Positions 59,328 through 64,000 of a stretch of 64,000 bases of DNA are shown here, piece after piece. The stretch is from positions 9,326-73,325 of the forward strand of contig JBHHYI010000002.1 of the NCBI GenBank assembly GCA_046757525.1, read 5' to 3'. The stretch is from a bacterium (GTDB lineage: Bacteria > Zhuqueibacterota > Zhuqueibacteria > Oceanimicrobiales > Oceanimicrobiaceae). Under the pieces are notes generated by a model. It did no database searches. It was given only the letters and a program-made list of their open reading frames with translations, and was not told the DNA's origin. The position numbers and the translations under genes are program-made. Each line of letters starts with the position of its first letter. Within the stretch, counting starts at the first letter, position 1.

Positions 59328-60305
59328 CTATTTGTAGCCATTCAATTTGAATCGGAAGCCACCGGTTATGCCATAAAACTGTCTCGACTGGCCGTTGAAA
59401 TAGTTGTGCAACCGGCCTTTCAAGGTGAAGCCGGCAAACTCACTGGTCGGCATGAAGAATCCGGTGCCGCCAAAAATTCCAAAATTGGTTGAGGAGAATG
59501 TGGTTTCCAGATCATTCGCTGTTACCGTCTTGATCTGCGGTCGATAAAGGCCGCCACCTGTTTCGAAAAAGATGTGGTTGCCAAAGAATGCTTGAAAAAC
59601 CACCAGACCTTGCAGAATCGAGGCGGAAACATCGTTTACGCCGTTGACAGCGCCCCCACCGAGAGCCGTATTGCTCAAGAAAGAATTGCTGATTTCGATG
59701 CCGACATTGATACCATGGCCGGCAGCAACCATGTAGCTGGCCCCAAAACGGAAACTGGATGAAAATGCCTGAGCAAGGCTGCCGGTTGGTACAATCGTGC
59801 CCACGTCTACGCCCAACCAGGGCCGGCGCAGGCTCGTCCTGGCAGAATAAATAGAAATTGGCTCATGGAGTGGGATTTCTGAGCCGTCAGGGGCAGTGCT
59901 TTCCCAGCTAACGAATTGCGCACCGCTGGACTTACGCTGCCTGGGCTGGCGCGTCCCAACTTCAGGACTTGCGCCCACGCTGCCGGAACGGCGCACCACT
60001 CTTTTTGTACTGGCCGCAGTAAACAGGCGATCGCCCTTCTGAAGGATTGTGTTGCTGCCATTGGTTAGCCGCTTCACGGCCGCCCGGTTTGCAGTGGAAC
60101 GAATGACTTTCACTTTGCCGACTTCAACCAACCCGGCGGCTGTCTCTCGCTTGACATAAAGTATTTGACCGACAGCGAAACCTTTGTTGAGGCCTTTGTT
60201 GATGATGCCGTATTGTCCGCTCACCTTGATCACGCGGGCTTCATCGCTGTACAGCTTTGGGCAAAACAAGTTGGCAAAAAACAAGAGAAGGAATAGCTTC
60301 TTCAT
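59328..60305 (-). CDS. Hypothetical outer-membrane beta-barrel protein.
   Basis: It has a signal peptide (MKKLFLLLFFANLFCPKLYS) and a GGAGGG RBS. The C-terminal half has alternating beta-strand-like hydrophobics and the protein ends ...GGFRFKLNGYK. The N-terminal region is basic and Ser/Arg-rich. Confidence 0.5.
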   Translation of the reverse strand: MKKLFLLLFFANLFCPKLYSDEARVIKVSGQYGIINKGLNKGFAVGQILYVKRETAAGLVEVGKVKVIRSTANRAAVKRLTNGSNTILQKGDRLFTAASTKRVVRRSGSVGASPEVGTRQPRQRKSSGAQFVSWESTAPDGSEIPLHEPISIYSARTSLRRPWLGVDVGTIVPTGSLAQAFSSSFRFGASYMVAAGHGINVGIEISNSFLSNTALGGGAVNGVNDVSASILQGLVVFQAFFGNHIFFETGGGLYRPQIKTVTANDLETTFSSTNFGIFGGTGFFMPTSEFAGFTLKGRLHNYFNGQSRQFYGITGGFRFKLNGYK

Positions 60306-60467
60306 CACACCCTCCAAACGCTCAAATTGTGAATAAACTATCCCTCGTAGAGACGAATCCAACAGGGTGTTGAATTCAAGAAATGAACAGTGGAAATATA
60401 AACATTACCACTTGCAATGGCAAGTAAAATAATTGTAACGTCGAGTAGTAAATTTTACGTGTCACAC

Positions 60468-60499
60468 AAAAAGGACACGAGCTTGACTCGTGTCCTTTC
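60468..60499 (-). terminator. Rho-independent terminator downstream of the Yip1 gene.
   Basis: The minus strand reads GGACACGAG-tcaag-CTCGTGTCC followed by TTTTTGTGTG. Confidence 0.6.
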
Positions 60500-60544
60500 A
60501 TTAGTCGAACCTCCAAAGAGCAAAAAGACAACTCTGGGTCGTGA

Positions 60545-60590
60545 CTAAAAGCGCTGTGCACGTTTTGCCTGCTTTTACATGAAAGAAATG
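60545..60590 (+). repeat. Short repeat module (copy D), related to the 5' module of repeat copy C.
   Basis: CTAAAAGCGCTGTGCACGTTTTGCCTGCTTTTACATGAAAGAAATG aligns with 57191-57236 (CTAAAAGCTCTTTGCACGCGTTGCGTGCTTTTACATGCAAGAAACG). Confidence 0.6.
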
Positions 60591-60633
60591 CCCTCGCAAA
60601 CGAGACGTTTGCTTTACGAACGGCAGGCGTTTC

Positions 60634-61224
60634 TTAGAAGTAGCGAGCAGGCCCGCCACCGCCACTCCAGGCAACAGCGCCAGCTACGGAGCCAATGACC
60701 ACCATGACGATGAGGCCAATGATTAACGTAACCACGGTGTACACCACGGATTTTTCCTGAGGCGCTTCCATAAGAACTGGAATCCCAAGATAAAGAATAT
60801 AGATTCCATAGAGAGAACCCAGGAAAGCTAAGATGGACAAACTTGGGATAATGTTAAACGCACCGGCTACAAATACGGGTGTGAAAGAATAGACTGTCAG
60901 TTTGAAAGCGTTGCGGTCGTTTTTGACCGCGTTAAAGCTGGGAGCCAGAGCATTGATTATTTTTCCGACAATGAGGACAGCGATTAAACTGAGAACATAA
61001 GTCAAGATAGAGTAAACCAGCGTGCGTCCGATGTTTTGCCTACCGATAAATGGCAACCCCACCAGGGCATACCCGATAAACTGGCCCACGGCGGGGACTG
61101 CTGCCACAATAGCGACATACTCTTTCATGGTTCCTGCAATACTCAAGTCTTCTGTCTTAACCTCGGTTAACGCCTCTTTTGGTGACAGAAGAATTGACTT
61201 GACCCTCGCAATCACTTTTTCCAT
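60634..61224 (-). CDS. Yip1-domain membrane protein.
   Basis: 196 aa with five TM helices. Its N-terminus MEKVIARVKSILLSPKEALTEV is typical of the bacterial Yip1 family. Confidence 0.7.
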   Translation of the reverse strand: MEKVIARVKSILLSPKEALTEVKTEDLSIAGTMKEYVAIVAAVPAVGQFIGYALVGLPFIGRQNIGRTLVYSILTYVLSLIAVLIVGKIINALAPSFNAVKNDRNAFKLTVYSFTPVFVAGAFNIIPSLSILAFLGSLYGIYILYLGIPVLMEAPQEKSVVYTVVTLIIGLIVMVVIGSVAGAVAWSGGGGPARYF

Positions 61225-61352
61225 TTCCCACTCCTTTCCAAATGGTTTTTTAATGGGTACCTCTGTTACAATGGTTTTGTTACTGTTCTACAAAACTCCA
61301 GAAAATCTTTTTCCATACCGTGATTCAGCTTCCAAATTCAGGTTCAAATCTG

Positions 61353-64000
61353 TTAGCCATCCATCCAGACGTTTTCTCGACCTAATATGTTTCGTAGCTG
61401 GTGAATGACTTCGGGATTGGGTTTTACACTCAACTTATTGGCTCTGATGATTCTTTCATTTTCGTGGGGTACTTTCAAATTGATGAAGATATGACAATCG
61501 CCTGGATTTTGTTTCAAAATATCGGTGACCTGGTTGAGCGTGGGGTCGTCCAGACCTAAAGTGTCCAGAGTTAGATACAGTTTCTTGGCGTAGCGGCTCC
61601 ACACTTCGTCGAGCGCCACGATCTCGTCACACAGAATTTTCGTTTCCTCATCTTCCCGGCAGGAGGTCCGACCCGAAACGACAATCATGGCATCCGGATG
61701 AATGAGTTCCTGGAAATTGGCAAAAGATTTTGAAAAAACGATCACCTCTGCCGTGCCGGTGAAGTCTTCCAAAGTCAAGAAGGCCATATTTTTTTTGTTG
61801 CGATCGACGATGGTTTTGCATTCAGTCACAATGCCACAGACTTTGACGGCACGGCCATCGCCCAACGTACTCAACGATTCCAAAGAAGTAGTGGCGAAGG
61901 TTCTGACCTCCTGATCATATTTCTGCAACGGGTGGCCGGACACGTAAAAGCCAAGCAGCTCTTTTTCGCGGGCAAGAATCTCGGTGTTGTTCCACTGGGA
62001 AACCATCGGCAGCGGTGGATACTGCACCCCACTGGTGTCGTCAAATTCATCGAATATACTCGTTTGTTTCTTAAATTTGTTGGCGTGGCTGGTCTGAGCG
62101 AAACTGAGGGCCATCTCAACCGCGGCGAGCAGTTGGGCACGATGGCCTTCCAGGGAATCCATCGCACCCGCCTGAATGAGACTCTCCAGGACTTTCTTGT
62201 TCACCAGGCGTTGGTCCACCCGTTCACAAAACCCAAAAATGTTGCGAAAAGGACCTTCGGCGATTCTTGCCGCAATGATAGACTCCACAGCACCTTTGCC
62301 CACATTTTTCACTGCTCCCAGACCGAATCGAATGCCTTCATCGGTGACCACAAAATCGGTGAAGCTCTCATTAACATCCGGGGACAGGACACGGATTCCC
62401 ATGCGCCGGCACTCATCTAACAAAATCACCACCCGGTTGGTGCTGCCCATTTCACTGGACAAAGAGGCCGCCATGAACTCCGCTGGAAAGTGCCGTTTTA
62501 AGTAAGCGGTTTGGAAGGCGATCAAAGCGTAACACGTAGAATGGGGCTTGACGAAACCGTAACCGGCAAATTTATCCATCATGCTGAATATTTCGCTGGC
62601 AATTTTCTCTGGGATTCCGTTTTGCTGACACCCCTCGAGAAACAATGCACGCTGCTCGGCCATCAGCGCCTGATTTTTTTTGCCCATCGCGCGGCGCAAC
62701 AAATCGGCTTTGCCCATGCTGAAGCCCGCAAGCACGCTGGCGATGCGCATAACCTGTTCCTGGTAGACGATGATTCCGTAAGTTTCTTTGAGGATGGGTT
62801 CCAGCGCAGGATGCAAGTACTCGATTTTTTTCTGACCGTGTTTCCTTTGAATAAAATCGTCTATCCAGGCCATGGGGCCCGGGCGATACAGGGCATTCAT
62901 GGCAATCAGGTCTTCAAATGCCTGTGGTTTCAGCTTGCGGAGATACTCTCGCATCCCCGCACTTTCAAACTGGAAAATACCAACCGTCTCGCCATTCGCA
63001 AAAACTTCAAACGTCTCCGGATCATCCAGAGGTATTTGGTTGATGTCGACTTTTATGCCGCGCTTTTCCACCGCCTTCACGCATTTGTCGATGACCGTAA
63101 GCGTGCGCAAACCCAGGAAATCCATTTTGAGAACCCCAATCCCCTCCAGACATTTCATATCGTACTGCGTGGTAACATCCCCCTGGGACGATTTGTACAA
63201 AGGCGTGTAGTTCGTCAATTCGTCAGGCGTGATGACAACGCCTGCGGCGTGAGTGGAAGCATGGCGGGCCAGGCCTTCCAGCACCCTTGAGTATTCGATG
63301 AGTTGCCGGTAAGCCGGGTCCTGGCCGGAAAGTTTGTTCAAATCTGGTACCTGCTCCATGGCACGCGACAGGGTCATGTTCGGAGTTGGGGGAATCATCT
63401 TGGCGATCCGGTCCACATCACCGTAGCGAATCTTCAGCACGCGGCCCACATCCCGAATCACGGCGCGCGCTGCCATGGTACCGTAGGTGATGATCTGGGT
63501 GACATTCTTTTCGCCATACTTTTGCTTGACGTACTCAATGATTTCCTCGCGCCGTTCAAAACAAAAATCGATGTCGATGTCCGGCATGGTTACCCGTTCG
63601 GGGTTCAAAAACCGCTCAAAGATCAGATTGTACTTCAGCGGATTGATGCTGGTGATCCCCAGGCAATACGAAACCAGGCTGCCCGCCGCGGAGCCTCGAC
63701 CCGGGCCCACGGGAATCCCCTTGCGCCTGGCGTACTGAATGAAATCCATGACGATGAGGAAATAGCCGGCATAACCCATTTTATTTATGATAGCTAACTC
63801 ATGTTGCAACCGTTCCTCCACCTCGGGGGAAATCACCTCAAACAGCGACCTGGCACCCTGATAGGTTAACTTTTCCAGAAACTCCTCAAGCGTTTCGGCG
63901 TCAGTGTCGGCTGGGATCTCAAACCTGGGCAAGTGAGTCCGTTCAAAATCCAATTCCAGATTGCATTTGTCGGCTATTTCGGCGGTGGTGCTGAGAGCCT
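61353..64000 (-). CDS. dnaE: DNA polymerase III alpha subunit, 3' portion; the N-terminus lies beyond the window end.
   Basis: It carries the polymerase core (YAGYFLIVMDFIQYARRKGIPVGPGRGSAAGSLVSYCLGIT), HhH and OB domains, and stops at 61353. The frame stays open through 64000. Confidence 0.9.
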   Translation of the reverse strand, partial: ALSTTAEIADKCNLELDFERTHLPRFEIPADTDAETLEEFLEKLTYQGARSLFEVISPEVEERLQHELAIINKMGYAGYFLIVMDFIQYARRKGIPVGPGRGSAAGSLVSYCLGITSINPLKYNLIFERFLNPERVTMPDIDIDFCFERREEIIEYVKQKYGEKNVTQIITYGTMAARAVIRDVGRVLKIRYGDVDRIAKMIPPTPNMTLSRAMEQVPDLNKLSGQDPAYRQLIEYSRVLEGLARHASTHAAGVVITPDELTNYTPLYKSSQGDVTTQYDMKCLEGIGVLKMDFLGLRTLTVIDKCVKAVEKRGIKVDINQIPLDDPETFEVFANGETVGIFQFESAGMREYLRKLKPQAFEDLIAMNALYRPGPMAWIDDFIQRKHGQKKIEYLHPALEPILKETYGIIVYQEQVMRIASVLAGFSMGKADLLRRAMGKKNQALMAEQRALFLEGCQQNGIPEKIASEIFSMMDKFAGYGFVKPHSTCYALIAFQTAYLKRHFPAEFMAASLSSEMGSTNRVVILLDECRRMGIRVLSPDVNESFTDFVVTDEGIRFGLGAVKNVGKGAVESIIAARIAEGPFRNIFGFCERVDQRLVNKKVLESLIQAGAMDSLEGHRAQLLAAVEMALSFAQTSHANKFKKQTSIFDEFDDTSGVQYPPLPMVSQWNNTEILAREKELLGFYVSGHPLQKYDQEVRTFATTSLESLSTLGDGRAVKVCGIVTECKTIVDRNKKNMAFLTLEDFTGTAEVIVFSKSFANFQELIHPDAMIVVSGRTSCREDEETKILCDEIVALDEVWSRYAKKLYLTLDTLGLDDPTLNQVTDILKQNPGDCHIFINLKVPHENERIIRANKLSVKPNPEVIHQLRNILGRENVWMDG

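Noticed and set aside
62511-63290. 259 aa and other + strand ORFs inside dnaE
   Set aside because: They are antisense to the conserved polymerase core and have no homology features.
1-64000. CRISPR arrays, rRNA, tRNA genes, integrases or transposases
   Set aside because: No regularly spaced direct repeats, no rRNA-like or cloverleaf-compatible conserved tRNA segments, and no recombinase motifs were seen in any frame.

Overview
This 64 kb window is a chromosomal segment from a Gram-negative bacterium, with an outer membrane, a sigma-54 system and a PrkA/SpoVR stress module. GC is roughly 50%, with several AT-rich islets. It carries about 55 protein-coding genes on both strands and no rRNA, tRNA or CRISPR array.

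In coordinate order the genes are:
- a 3'-truncated copA preceded by, and overlapping, a short NfeD-C-domain gene
- an AT-rich islet holding a small ORF and a frameshifted retropepsin-like aspartic protease gene
- a Met/His-rich Spy/CpxP (ZraP-like) gene followed by a SHOCT gene, behind a textbook sigma-54 promoter
- a 4HBT thioesterase and an ADP-forming acetyl-CoA synthetase
- an ECF sigma factor and its zinc-finger anti-sigma factor
- nadC, methylmalonyl-CoA epimerase and uvrC
- a VapBC-like toxin-antitoxin pair and an NHL-repeat protein, in an AT-rich islet
- a cusCBA-type heavy-metal RND efflux operon
- a ccmF/ccmH (NrfEF-like) pair followed by hypothetical envelope proteins
- a sigma-54-dependent two-component system followed by a secreted HExxH metalloprotease
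- a GHL10-like hydrolase and the prkA-yhbH(DUF444)-spoVR triad with an extra linked ORF
- comM/yifB, a DmpA (S58) peptidase, DUF2905, and an NfeD plus SPFH/stomatin pair
- a lipoprotein and an RNase-H-like/TPR exonuclease
- a parvulin PPIase and an M14 carboxypeptidase
- a membrane-arm-only nuoA-H-J-K-L-M-N cluster
- an outer-membrane beta-barrel protein, a Yip1 protein and the 3' part of dnaE.

The most unusual signals are these:
- A modular, hairpin-rich intergenic repeat family occurs in at least three copies, two of them antisense inside operons and one sitting where nuoI would be.
- The ZraP-like gene has a sigma-54 promoter and the window also holds a sigma-54 two-component system. With copA and cusCBA this suggests a dispersed metal/envelope-stress regulon.
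- The nuo cluster lacks all peripheral-arm genes.
- A fourth gene is tightly linked to the prkA-yhbH-spoVR triad.
- Two gene-poor regions (4.47-5.30 kb and 10.09-10.64 kb) contain repeat motifs and an orphan terminator.
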